Source of the DNA: Octopus vulgaris
Taxonomy: Eukaryota
NCBI GenBank assembly: GCA_951406725.2
Contig: OX597820.1
Coordinates: 79,546,001-79,610,000 of the forward strand
DNA length: 64,000 nucleotides
Direction: 5' to 3'
The position numbers and the translations under genes were made by a program. Shown in pieces: positions 16,001 to 30,300 of the stretch (positions are counted from its first letter, which is position 1; each line of letters opens with the position of its first letter). A model generated the notes under the pieces. That model saw nothing but the letters and a program-made list of their open reading frames with translations, made no database searches and had not been told where the DNA came from.

Positions 16001-19000
16001 TACCAGCCCCTGTCAAACCATCCAACCCATGTCAGCGTGTAAAATAGATGTTTGATGATGAGGAATATTATCTATCTATGGTATCATTTTTTATTTAACT
16101 TTTTTGTTCTTCAACAAGTTAGCGCATGCCAAGGTCAAACTTGTTAAATAGATTAAGTTTTATTGTGTGGTTAAGCATACTTCCCAACCATCTGATCTTA
16201 GGCTCGGTCCTACTTCACATCATCTCAGACAAGTACTGGGGTCGATTCATTTTACTAAAATTCTTCAAAATTCTTCAGCTTGGCCGCAGTCTAATGACTG
16301 AAGCAAGTAAAAGAGGAAAGATACTAAATGCACCCCAATTTCAGTAGTGAATATTTAAGAAAGAAACATTTTAGAGAGACCCAACTTTACATATAGGGGT
16401 GACATTTTGAGGCATTTTTTTTAGAAAAAGAGTGCATTTTATATGGTATCAAATACAGTAAATACATGATGTACATGTATAACATTTTGTTTTTTACATT
16501 ATTTACATTTGATGGATATTTGTTTGTTAACACAACGTTTTGGCTGACATACCCTCCAGCCTTCATCAGGTGTCTTGGGGAAATTTTGAACCTGGGTTCT
16601 CATTCCTAAGGTATTTTTCAATGTATTATCATTATTATCATCATCATCATTATTATTATTATATGCCCATGGGCATATGGCATAGTGATTAAGAGCATGG
16701 GCTACTAACCTCAAGATTCCAAGTTTGATTCCAGGCAGTGACCTGAATAATAATAATAATAATAATAATAACAACAACAACATCAAAAAATACTTTAGAA
16801 ATGAGAACCCAGGTTCAAAATTTCCCTAAGACACCTAATGAAGGCTGGAGGGTATATCAGCCGAAACATTGTGTTAACAAGAAGCAAGATGAGGACAAAT
16901 ATCCATCAAATGTAAATAATGCACATGATTCCTCATCTCTTAAATATAGAACTGTATTTTGTTTTGTTTTTTCCTTAATTTTTTTTAATTAAAAAAAAAT
17001 TCTTGTTGCAGATATCTAGCATTGGAGAGTATGTGTTTGTTAGCAACATCTGAGTTTTCCCATGAGGCCGTAAAGAAGCACCAAGAAACTGTTATCACCT
17101 CTTTGAAGGTAATATGTTGTCTTTTTCTTTCTTTATCCCCCCCCCCCCCCGCCCATTTCTTATTTCTTTATTATTGAATATTTCCACTTGACTCTATGAA
17201 AGAACACATGTAACTATGTTTATTTGCACATTTACAATAGGCGCAGAAGTGGCTGTGTTGTAAGTAGCCCGCTTACTGATCACATGGTTCTGGGTTCAGG
17301 CCCACTGCGTGGCACCTTGGGCAAGTGTCTTCTACTATAGCCTCAGGCCGACCAAAGCCTTGTGAGTGGATTTGGTAGAAAGAAAGTAAAAGAAGCCCAT
17401 CGTGTGTATATGTATATATATATATATACATACATATATATATGTTTGTGTTTGTCTCCCCCAACATTGCTTGACAACCGATGTTGGTGTGTTTACGTCC
17501 CTGTAACTTAGTGGTTCGGCAAAAGAGACTGATAAAATAAGTACTAGGCTTACAAAGAATAAGTCCTGGGGTCAATTTGTTCGACTAAAAGCGATGCCCC
17601 AGCATGGCTACAGTCAAATGACAGAAACAGTTAAAAAGTAAAAAAAAAAAAAAGTAGCACATGGTATCTGTAGCCACTTGCCATAGAAGCAACAGCTTTC
17701 ACTGTTCATTCGCAACAGAAGCAACTTTTGTAACTGTCCATTTGTGATAGAGGCACCATTTAATATAAAGGTGCCATTTGTTGCTGTCTGTGCTAAAGGA
17801 AATATTTGTGAATAGTAAAAATGTTTGTGGATAAACTTGTGAATTTCCATTTGTAATGAAGCATAGAATATCGTTAGTGTTGGTCACTTGTATGAAGTAG
17901 GAAAGACCTTAGAAAAGAAACACAACAAATATTAAAATGCTACTTGCTGTTAGTTGAGTTCGTGATAGGGCTTTGAGCCTAAGTTTTAGCCATTTCTCCG
18001 ATGTTCTTAATGCTCCTGAGATGCTGCTTGTCTTCAAGTGCAAAACCCAGTGTCCATGTAAGAAATTGAGTTTTCTCACCAACTTGTACAAAACAAGAAA
18101 TTATTATTGTTTAATTTTTCTTCAGACGGAACGAGATGTGAGTGTGCGTCAGCGAGCTGTCGACTTATTATATGCCATGTGTGACAGGACCAATGCGGAA
18201 GAGATTGTGGCAGAAATGTTGGAATATCTGGAATCTGCTGATTACTCCATTCGAGAGGAAATGGTAGGTTTTCAGATTTTTATTTTTTCTTTGTTTTTTT
18301 TTGTGTACTTGCACTCTTTAACCCTTTAACTGAAAAATTAAATTTATTGGTTATTCCAGTAATTATGTTAAATATCTACCAAAAAAAAAAAAAAAAAGTA
18401 AAATTGATATTTTCTGCCAGTCACATTTCCTCCATAAACTTTGCATATCTCAACTAAAAGTAATTTCAGATATGACATTCCTCAACAAAAGATTGGTTTA
18501 TAAAACTGCCTTCTGCAGTTAAGGGTAATAAAATTTTGAGTGGATGTATCTGATTTTTGTAGTAAAAGGGTTAAAAGCTTTGCAGGAGTCCAACTTCACT
18601 GGCATATATTTTCTCAGAGATGAAAATTCTGCCCATTTTAAATCAGATTCTTTATTACAGATTCTTATTAAAAAATCAATAGTTTAAATTATTGATTTCT
18701 GTTATTTGCAATATTTTTTTATTGATTGCTTTGTAGAGAGGTTGAACCAGTAAATTTGAATCTGTAACATTGATAATTGTAATAATGATAATAGTGATAA
18801 TAAAAATAATAATTTCAAATTTCAACACAGTCATACATTTTTAGGGGAGTAACTTCACTCATTTTAATCTGATACTAATTTTATTAGTCCCACAATAGTA
18901 AAAAGCAAAATTGATTTCAGTGAGATGTGAACTCACCATGTCATCTGACAAAACTCAATACTACAATACATTTCATTTGGATTTCACTCTTTTCTACCAC

Positions 19001-22000
19001 TCCAGCTGTTTGGCTTCAGAGGAAAGACCATGATATATGATAATATTTATAGTATAACATTTATTATATAACAATATTTATTGTATGATATCTCATGTAT
19101 TCTAATATTTATGCTTTCCTCAGAAGCATCATAAATGAAGTGAAATAGTTTTTATTAGAGACTGAGGATTGAAACCACATTGCAACCTTGACTAGGAAGC
19201 AGCTTACTTCAACGGCATGGAAAAGTGAACATTAAAAGGATGATGAACCCCTGATGCTAAACTTGTTACATCATATTTATTAATACAGCTGTAAAGATTC
19301 GTTATAATTTTTTATTTAATTAATTGCTTTTCCAATTTTTTCCAGGTCCTAAAAGTGGCCATTTTAGCTGAGAAATATGCTGTAGATTACACCTGGTATG
19401 TGGATGTAATTCTAAACCTGATCCGAATTGCTGGAGATTATGTGAGTGAAGAGGTAAGCAAACACGGTATCATGTTCATTTTCTTACTTGAAATTTAAAT
19501 GGACTTTCTGGTCACATTGTAATATTTGGTGTATATGTGTATGTGCAGATGTACCTGCATATGTATATGTGTGTATTTGATCTCTAACAGAATGCAATAA
19601 AGTTGTCCCCTGGTGATCCATTGCAGATAGGTATTCAAATGTACTTGAAACCTCCAATGCTGCATTCTACATGTTCAAACATACATAGGATCTAATGAGT
19701 TATATTTGTGTTCATCTTAATTTTCCATTCTGTGCGTATGTATATCAGAGCTAGTAACTTACACTCTGTCATACGTGCACACTGACATTGCACACACACA
19801 CACACAAAATAATGTAGATTATTTTCTTAAATAGTCCTAATTTTTTTTGTCAAATTGTAAACGCATTTATCTTTAACCAGGTTGATGGAAAGATGTGATG
19901 CTGTGTCCAGTGTCACTGATCACCACAAGGCTTTGACTCTTTAGCTTTCAGCTTATTCTGTCAAATGTAATCCTTATTTACTCACATTGTTTTCAACTAA
20001 ATATTCATTATCTTGTAGTTTTGAGATTTCAATGATGAGATTGTTTATCTTTAGAATGATATTGTAGGGTAGGTGCAAGAGGTTGAATCTGACCAGTATG
20101 AGTATAAACAAGTAGAATATTTGGGTTAGGCCAATTTAAATGCTAAAAGGATAACATGGAACGCATTCAGGTCAGTGTGGGCTGTATGGTGACCCCTCAC
20201 TAGTGCTGGTGATATGAAAAGAGCACTCAGTAAGTGCTGTAAACTGGTTGGCAATTGGAAGGGCACCCAGCTGTAGAAACTATGCCAATGCAGATAGTGG
20301 AACACAATGTAGTCCTTGCACCAATCAGATCATGTTAAACCATCCAACCCATGTCAGCATGGAGCTTTAACATTAAATGGTACTGCTGGTACCACATAAA
20401 AAGCACTGGTGCTGGTGCCATGTAAAAGCACTGGTGCTGGTGCCATGTAAAAAGCACTGGTGCTGGTGCCACGTAAAAAGCACTGGTGATGGTGCCACAT
20501 AAAAAGCATTGGTGCTGGTGCCACATAAAAAGCACTGGTGCTGGTGCCACATATAAAGCACCCAGTACACTCTGTAAAGTGGTTGGTATTAGGAAGGGCA
20601 TCCAGCTGTAGAAACCAAGACAAACAGACTATGGAATCTGGTGCTGCTCTGCAGTCTGTCAGATCCTGGCCTTGCCAACTCTTGACAAACTGTCCAACAA
20701 ATGCCAACATAGAAAAAGGATGTTAAATGATGATGATGATGATGATGTTTATCATTATCATCATCTTCAAATTGCAAAAACTTGAAAAAGGAAAGCAGCT
20801 TTAGTATCAACCTTAGAATTTTAAGACTAAAACAAAGAAGAAAGAAAGAAAACTTCTGCAGATAGGATACAAATAGTATTGTTGTTCTAATTACAATCTA
20901 GAGTTGTCAAAAAATTAAACCAATATGTTATGCAAATGTAATACATATTAAAGTAATTAGCTGTTTTAAATTCAGTAAAGGGAGATGGAATGAATATGTT
21001 TCTCATTGATCATTAACTACAAAAATATTGGGTATTGGTTTTTACTTGTGATTGATCTTATCTTAATTCTATGTTACTTGGTGTTAATTAAGAGACTGAT
21101 TAACAATACACATTCTGTTTTCGTTATCTTACAAGGTCTGGTATCGAGTTATCCAGATTGTCATTAACAGAGATGATGTACAAGGATATGCTGCCAAGAC
21201 AGTCTTTGAAGTAAGGAATCTTTTAATTATTCTTTGTATTTTTTAACTTTTCATTGTTTTTGACATTGGACTGCAGCCTTTCTAGGACCCTTTCTAGAAG
21301 TGTTTCAGTCAAACAAATTGACCCCCAATATTTATTTTTGATGAAATAAGTACCAAACTGCAGTCTTTTTTGCTGAATCACTCTAAGGATGTAAACATAA
21401 ACAAACCAACACCTTTTGTCAAGCAGTGAGGGAACAAATGCCAACGGATCTGGTTGTGGGGAAATATTACCTTGCTTGGATATGGGTGAAAGTTGACGGT
21501 CACAGTATATCTGCCTCAACAAATTCTATCTGACCCATACAAGCATAAAAAGTGGACGTTAAATGATGATGAAGCTATTGTGGGTGAGTTGAAGTCAAAT
21601 AAAAGGGTAAAAATCCCCTTCTGTCATGAAGACCTTGGGATTGCATCTAGAAAAGTTCTCCCCTAAGGCACAAGTCTGGACAAGGTTGTTTATAGAAAAC
21701 CAGCAGTCACCCATGCATGCCAGCCTCCCCTCTCCACGCTACTGATGTTATCCTAGGGAAAGGCAAAGGGGCCCAACACAGCTTGGCACCAGTAATGTTG
21801 TAACTCATTCCTACAGATGAGCGAACTGGAGCAACGTGAAATAAAGTGTCTTGCTCAAGGACACAGCACACAGTTTGGTCTGGGAATTGAACTCACTAGT
21901 TCATTATTGTGAGCCTAATGCTCTAACCACTGAGCCATGCACTTTCACCGAAGTCAAATAGTTCAGTTGGAAAATAACCATATCTCACCAGTATAGGTGC

Positions 22001-22900
22001 AAAATTTAAACATTTGAAAGGGATTTTGACTTGGTTATGTTAAGGTGTCATCATTGCAAATAAAATGTTTAAACAAACTGTCAACAGTTGTCAAGAGATG
22101 GTGGGAGACAAACACAGAAACACACGCATAAATATATACACATGTATGTATAAATGATGGATTCTCTCATCGAAGACTGCATATGAGTTTTTAGTTTTTT
22201 GTTTATAGTGATGAAATGTTTATGCTGTATGTTAGCTCCCTCTCTCCATCAAATCAATGTTGCCTGTATAGGGGCACAAGTGTCCCATATGGGCTTCTTT
22301 CAGTTTCTGTGTACCAAATCCACACACAAGGTTCTAGTCTTGTATGAAACCAATCCCTGGTGCCAAAAAGGCTGTGGACCTCTTCCATGGGTGGCACCAT
22401 TTCTTCAACTTTTTCATGAATTAAAATAATGATTGTGATGTTTCTGCCATTGATAATAATGTTGAAAATTGCAAATGAAAACAACCCATTCATTATATTT
22501 CAGTTCTGACTTACCGAACTGATGGTCTTTGATGATTTTCTTCACTTTCGTTGTAGGCTCTACAAGCTCCTGCCTGTCATGAAAACATGGTCAAAGTTGG
22601 AGGTTATATTCTGGGCGAGTTTGGCAACCTTATTGCTGGTGACCCAAGATCAAGGTAAAATACTTTCGCTGCCATCAGTCTCTCTCTTTCTCTTTTACTT
22701 GTTTCAGTCATTTGACTGCAGCCATGCTGGAGCACCGCCTTTAATCGAGCAACTCGACCCCGGGACTTATTCTTTTGTAAGCCCAGTACTTATTCTATCG
22801 GTCTCTTTTGCCGAACTGCTAAGTAACGGGGACATAAACACACCAGCATCGGTTGTCAAGCAATGCTAGGGGGACAAACACAGTCACACAAACACACACA

Positions 22901-22956
<56 letters not shown>

Positions 22957-24297
22957 TACGACGGGCTTCTTTTCAGTTTCTGTCTACCAAATCCACTCAC
23001 AAGGCTTTGGTCGGCTCGAGGCTATAATAGAAGACACTTGCCCAAGGTGCCACGCAGTGGGACTGAACCCAGAACCATGTGGTTGGTAAACAAGCTACTT
23101 ACCACACAGCCACTCCTGCACCTACTCTGTTTCTCTGTTGACATTTTCAAATGAGAAGTTAGGATTTTGCTAATGGACCCTCCCATAGAGCAACCAGTTT
23201 TCTCTGCAATGAAAAATATGCCCTTTAAAATTACTTGCTTTGACAGACCTTTTGATTTGGTCATTTGTTATCATTCATTACGCTTAGTTGGTTAATTTGC
23301 TGCATGCGCACATGTGCGTGTAATTTTTTGTCTATATATATATATATATCTCTGCAGATTGGCTGTGTGGTTGAGAAGCTTGCTTCTCAACCTTGCAGTC
23401 TTGTGTTCAGCACCTTGGACAAGTGTCTTCTATTATGAACCCAGACTGACCAAAGCCTTGTGAATGAATTTGGTTGATGGAAACTGAAAGAAGCACTGTG
23501 TGTTTGTGTGTGTACATTCTCCTGACATCAGGTGATGGTTGTTAATGAGTATTACCATTATACAGTGATGTTGTTTGCTTCCAGTTATCCATAGAAAACA
23601 TGTCTGGCCATGGGAAATGGGTGAGGATTGGCGACTGAAATGGCATCTGGCCGTAAAAAAATCTGCCTCAACAAATTCTGTGTGATCAATGAAAGTATGG
23701 GAAAGTGGATGTTGAATGGTAATGGTGATATGCTTCTGCCCATGAAATATTGTTGGTGTTGAGAAGCCATCCAATAATGTCTCTAGTATTTTAAAGTAAA
23801 GATTATTTGCCAACATAATGTGGCAGTCCTGGTTGAGATGAATGTTACTGTTGTTTTAGCCCCAGGAAACATCATCTCCAGCTAGCTATAATAACACACA
23901 TTTGTGTCGTATCATCAACATCATCATTATTAAGGCTATGTTCTAAGTTCAAATTCCACCAAGGCCGACTTTATCTTTCATCCTTTCGGAGTCAATAAAT
24001 TAAGTACCAATTGAGTACTGGGGTTGATGTGATCGACTGTCCCCCCACCCCTACAAAACCCAGACCTTGTGCTTTTAGTAGTGAGCTGGCAGAATCGTTA
24101 ACACACTTGCAAAAATGCTTAGCAGCATTTCATCTGTCTCTGTGTTCTGAGTTCAAATTCCACCAGGGTTGACTTTGTCTTTCATCCTTTCAAGGTTGAC
24201 AAAATAAATACCAGTGAAATACTGGGATTGATGTAATCAACTACTGCCCTCCCTCAAAATTTCAAGGCCTTGTGCCTTCAGAAGAAAAGATTACAAT

Positions 24298-24328
<31 letters not shown>

Positions 24329-27300
24329 GTTGGTGGCGGCGTCGAGTGGAAAGTGTTCAATATGTTAAATCTGTAAACTAGTTTTTGATTCCCATTTTTA
24401 GTTGGCTTGGTAATTCCTTTGGGAAAAGAATACCAACCTGAGAAAAACAGAAAGTAAATGAAATCATGATGATCCATGTTAGTGAAATGAGATGATTGGG
24501 CGCAGCTGTTTGGGCACTGGGGATTTGGCCTGGCAGAATGGATATTCAGCTTATTTGAGCTGCAGTACTTTTCGATACTGGAGGCAAACAAACACACACA
24601 CACACACACATACATGCTGAAATATACATGTATAAAATAGACAGAGAGATAGATAGATAATAGAGAAAGAGAGAGAAAGAGATTATCATTTATTAATTGA
24701 ACATGACCTAAATACCTGCTTTCTCTTCTCAAACATAAAGAAATATGTTCACTGAGAGTGAGAGAGAGAGAGATAATGAAAAATTGGTTTTAAATTTTGG
24801 TGCAAAGCCAGCAATTTTAGGGGAGGAGATAAGTCAATTGCATCAACCCCCTGTGTCTAATTGGTATTTTATTGTAATGACCCCAAAAGGAGGAAAGACA
24901 AAGTCAACCTTGGTGGCATTTGAACTCTGAATGTAGAGACAAACGAAATGCTGCTAAGCATTTTTGCTGGTGCACTAATGATTCTGCCAGCTCGAAGCTT
25001 TAGAGAATGGAAGAAATATTAAAAATGTTCTATGTCAAATAAGTCAGCAATGCCAAATAAACAGCGCTAAAACTGCTGTGCCAAAATGTCTCGTACTCCT
25101 ATCTTGCATTTGTATTCTCCTCCCCTCCCTTTATTTTTTTCTAAAGCTTACTATGTTTCACTTAGACACCAATCTATATTCTTCTTTGTGATATTTTCTG
25201 TTCTAATAAAAGTGAAATTTTGAATAATATTTATATTTTCAGTCCTATTGTTCAGTTTGAGTTACTCCATTCAAAATACCACTTATGTGGAGCAGCTACC
25301 AGAGGCTTGCTACTCTCAACTTATATTAAATTTGTTAATTTGTTTCCTGAGATTAAATCATCTATTCAAGAGGTATGTACAACAGTCTTGTTTATAACCC
25401 AAATCATGTTTTGAAAATAGATTTTGTTGTGTCTTGGGTGGGTCATTATGCCATCAAGACACTCACTGGTTCTACTTCATTTTTTTATTTTTAATTTGTC
25501 AGTTGGTTAACCATTTAACCAATTAATTAATCCTTTTGATTAATCATTCAGTCAATCACTCAATCACCTAGGTTTGCTCTCTCTCTACTCTAGGTCACCT
25601 TCAGGAGTGGGAATTTCATTGATGAAGTCATGAATGGTGTGAAAAGGACTTTGAACTGATTGAGTGATTCACTGAATGATTAATTAAATAATTACTTGAT
25701 TAAATGGTTACTTAATTGACTAGTAAAATTTAAAAAGTGCAATAAAACCCATATAAGTGTATGTTTATTATTGGTCTAATGACCCTCCCAGCATGCAACA
25801 AAATCTGTTTCAACATGCAACTTCATATCAAATATCTTGCAAAAAGCAAATTTTGAATAATGTTTAACCCTTTTGATACCAACTTGCCTGAGATCAGCCC
25901 AAGTTCTTTGACATAGACCGACTGTTTCAAAGTAGCCAAAATCATAATCTGCCATCAAAATGTTATGCTAAATTGTGCCAGGCTCCAGCATAATAACTAG
26001 AAAGTTATTTTATTAAATTCTTCATTATCTTAAAAATTACTTGAAACAAAAGCAGCATATGTTAACAGAAATATGCTAACAAAATTTTATTTCATCTCAA
26101 ATTCTGGTGGCTTGATCAAATCTTTGTAATAAAGAAGATTTGATCTTTTTAATATTGAGGATTTTATTACAGCTGTTGTGAGGTGGTTGTGGTTGGTGTT
26201 GGTGGAGAATGAAAATGTCTTTCTAGGGTTGGTTGTGTATGGAATTAATGGCACTCAGAAACAATTAACAGAAGCTTTATTTACTGCACATAGTGTTGTC
26301 TGTGTTGGTCTTTGGATGAAAAACAACACCATTAACCCTTTAGCATTGAGATTGGTCTGGCAAAAAGCAGTGCTTATTTAATCACGTTGTTTTGAATTAA
26401 TCCTGAATTATCTCATAGCTTTGAAATTTTGATGATATGATTGTGTGTTTTTAGAATGACATTGTAGGTCGTCTGAACATAATGACATCGCCTGGTCTAA
26501 ACACAAAACAGAATGTTCTGGCTGGATTTGGCCGGTTTAAATACTAAAGGGTTAACATGCCAAGAGAGACATATTATTGGAATCTATGACAAACTAACTG
26601 GTACCTATCAACCTGTGGCTGGTTTGCCACAACTGGAAAATAATCCTGATACATTCATGGTGGCAAATTTGTGCCATGAGAATGGAGATGTCAAGCAGCT
26701 GCCTCAACATTCTGGAGCTGCCCCTAAAAGACCCATTTTTTTTTTATGGGGCTCATAAGAAAGATGTAGAAAGTTGTATCACATGATGGCTTGATGCTGA
26801 TTGGTCAGTTAATTGTCTAATCACATGAAACATCAGTGGTCCTATCATGGTATCTGCTATCTGGCGATTCAGTTTTGAATCTGCTACACAGCCATTTGAA
26901 TAATAAGAGAATTGATAGTTACCCTCGGCTGTCATATGGCAGCATGTACCATGCCTTCACACTTTGTAAATGGCACCTTTTAGATGATGATTTCTCGACA
27001 GTAATTTGGTCTGCTGAAACACAAGAACCATATCTCTTTCAACAAAATTCCTACCATCTTTCAAACAGAAACTAAATCTATCTTGTCCTAAATATTATTC
27101 TTGACAACCACAAATGTTCTGATAATCAATGCTTTGGTTACCTTTAAATCATGGATCTATTCATGAGTTAAAAGTAGCTCCCCAACAGTAACAGTAATAA
27201 TAGCCTGTCACGGAGTGATGTTAATGGTAAAGAATTATGTCTCGACTACTCAATCAATACTTTGAGAGCCAGGATAATATTCCCTTTGCAACATCTGCAA

Positions 27301-30300
27301 TATGGAATAAAGAAAAAAAAAATAAATAGAAAAATGAATAAATTATGTTTTCTTGATTCAACAGTCCTTACCATTAACCTCATTTTTATATATGAAACAT
27401 AAGGCTGTGTGGTTAAGAAGCTCACTTTGCAATGATGCAGTTTCAGGTTCAGTACCACTGTGCAGCACTGTGAATGCAAGTGTATTCCACTAAGGCCCTG
27501 GGCCAACCAGTATTTTGTGAATGAATTTGGTAGACAGAAAGTGTGTGTGTGTGTGTGTTTCCTCCTGTACCACCACTTGACAACCAGTGTTGTTATATAT
27601 GGTCCTCTAACTTAGAGATTTGGCAAAAGAGGCTGATAGAATAAGAACCAGACTTGGAAAAATAAGTCTTGGGGTTGATTTGTTCAACTAAACCCTTCAA
27701 GGGCAATGCCCCAGAATGGCCACAGTCCAATGGCTGAGACGAGAAAAAGAAAATGAAATTTCATTTTCCAAATTCAAAAAACATATTTCTAAGATAATGG
27801 TTTCTTTGTGTCATTAAACCTCATTCTTATGCCAGGAACATGTTTAACATATGTTGTTTGTGAAGAGAGTGCAATTATGAATACAAGGGGCTGAAATGGC
27901 ATTCCTCCAAAGGGTCTCTGGAGTAACATTACACTGCAGGATGCCATAGTTGAGAGATCAGGGAGTCTCTCCAGGTCAAGTCACTTCTGTTTCTCATTGA
28001 GAGGTCACGGTTCTGGTACAACAGATACATGATTAGAATGTCTCTGGGAATAATTACAAAATAGGTTCAAGCTGAACCAACTGGCAGGAGACCTAGGGGT
28101 AGACCAAGAATGAGATGGTTGGAAAATATCCATAGTCTCTGTTGGTCATGCTTGAGAAACCATCTGGAAAGTATAATGACAGTTACTTCTGATTAGACCC
28201 TATGGGGGTATGTTAGGACTCTGCATCCCATGACCCTCTCCAGGAATAGTGAGCGGAGAAGGTAGATGGATAGAGGGAAGGGCTCTACATTGTTTTACTA
28301 AGAAATTTTTTATGTTTTCTAAATAGAAATTTGTTTTTAATGGCAATATTTTTCTGTTTAATAGTTATTGTTTTGTGTTTTTTCTTTTTTTTTTTTCGCA
28401 GGTCCTTAAAAGTGGTAACAACTTAAAAAATCCAGATGTAGAAATCCAGCAACGTTCAATGGAATATTTACAGCTCAGTACTGTGGCCACTGCTGATGTC
28501 TTGGTGAGAGCAATTAACAATGTTTTACATCATTCAGAGGGGAAACTGAGTCAATAAGATTATGAAACTGGATTAAATCAAACATCTTCTTTAATTCGGA
28601 GCCTCTAAATTGTATTTTTAACTTCCAAAAATTAAGCTGTGCTAGTGGCACGTAAAAAGCACCAACTGATCATGGTTGTTGCCAGCCCCCTCTGCCACTG
28701 GCACATAAAAAATACCCACTACGCTCTCAGAGTGGTTGGCGTTAGGAAGGGCATCCAGCTGTAGAAACACTGCCACATCAGACTGGAGCCTGGTGCAGCC
28801 ACCTGACTTCCCAGACCCCAGTCAAGCCGTCCAACCCATGCCAGCACAGAAAATGGATGTTAAATGAGGATGATGATGACTCGGTTATCATAGATCAGTA
28901 GTTTATACTCTAATCTTACAGCTTGGGAACTGGCTGTCCTCATAACTTGAAAAAGACTATGAGGCATATTGCTTCTTCTGGCTGTAATCATAACCTTTAC
29001 TTTCTAACTTTTAATTGTAATTTTAAGAAAAAAGATGGAAGAATATATTTCATTGTTAATGATGTTGGAAGGGTAAAATTATTACTTCTGGAGGATGAAG
29101 TTCAATTATGGACATATCTGAGAACTCATATTAACAATAATAATAGTTTGTGATTTTCTTTTATGGGCACAAGGCCTCAGAATCTGGGTGAAGGGGTTAG
29201 TCAATTTACTTGACTATATCAGTGCTTAACTGGTACTTGAACTCAGAATGTAATGAGTTGGAAGAAGTACTTTGAAGCATTTTGTCTTCTGTGCTAATGA
29301 TTCTGCTAGCTTGCCACTTTTTACAATGATAATAATAATGATAATGATGATGATGGTAATTATATTTACAAATAGTCTTAACTCTTTATTTCTAATTGCT
29401 TTTCTACATATCATATTGATGATATGATTAGCACTGCTATTCATATATTTATTAATAATTCATTATTAATTTTAGTGTTCATGTTATATGCTTCATTTTT
29501 AAAAAAAATTGCTATATGTAATTAACAAGTTTGATTACACAGTTTTAAAGGGTTTACTTCTATATTTCTCATTTTAACTAAGTATATTGTTTTATTATCA
29601 AAAAGGCTACTGTTTTGGAAGAAATGCCTCCATTCCCGGAACGTGAGTCTTCGATTTTGGCTAAACTGAAGAAAAAGAAGCCATCAAGTGTGCCCGAAAC
29701 AGCAGAAATAAAGGAACATAAACATATACCTCAGGCCCAGATCAGCAACAATTTGGAACATGCTAGCTCACCTCCATCATCACAGGTCAGCTTTGAAAAA
29801 TTTGCTCTCTCTTCACCATTTCTGGTAATTGATATTCTTTGTAGATATAGTTGTATAAAAATGGTGAGATAAAAGTGTTAGCTGTGAAAAGAAATCCCAC
29901 ACAAACTGCTTCAGATAAAAACTTCACCATAGATAATAATAAAGAGAATTTGATAGATATACATACTTATATTTGTGCATTCTTGATGTTGCTTGCTTTC
30001 TGATTCATATTTTCAATCCAGTCTCATACTGTGAAGAGATAATTACCTCCCTTCGTATTAAAGGTCATCCAGAGACCACCACGCGCGTGTCCTAACGAAA
30101 GACAATCACTTAAAAAAGTGGTAGCCGTTTAGAAATGTATAACAGAGAAAGAAAATACTTGTGCATTATTTAATAATTTGTAAAATTTAATGAGAAGCAA
30201 TCTTTCAAATGTAGGAAATAATATTCTTGAGTCAGTTTTTACAAAACTTCTTTGTAAAATATTTCTGAATCTTTCCACTAATTTCTTCTAAGTTGGTTTT

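Larger units (their letters stand above)
16495..16956 (+). mobile_element. Fold-back tRNA-headed SINE with hammerhead motifs (putatively Penelope-mobilised), copy 1
   Basis: The left arm (16495-~16660) is the reverse complement of the right arm (~16745-16921). tRNA-like head at 16671-16744, hammerhead motifs at 16529-16574 (-) and 16830-16875 (+), unpaired tail at 16922-16956. Confidence 0.85.

Noticed and set aside
20379-20560. CRISPR-like regular repeats (also ~43350-43560 and ~35700-35970)
   Set aside because: The units are head to tail or diverged tandem copies without unique spacers, in a eukaryotic retroelement context with no cas genes.
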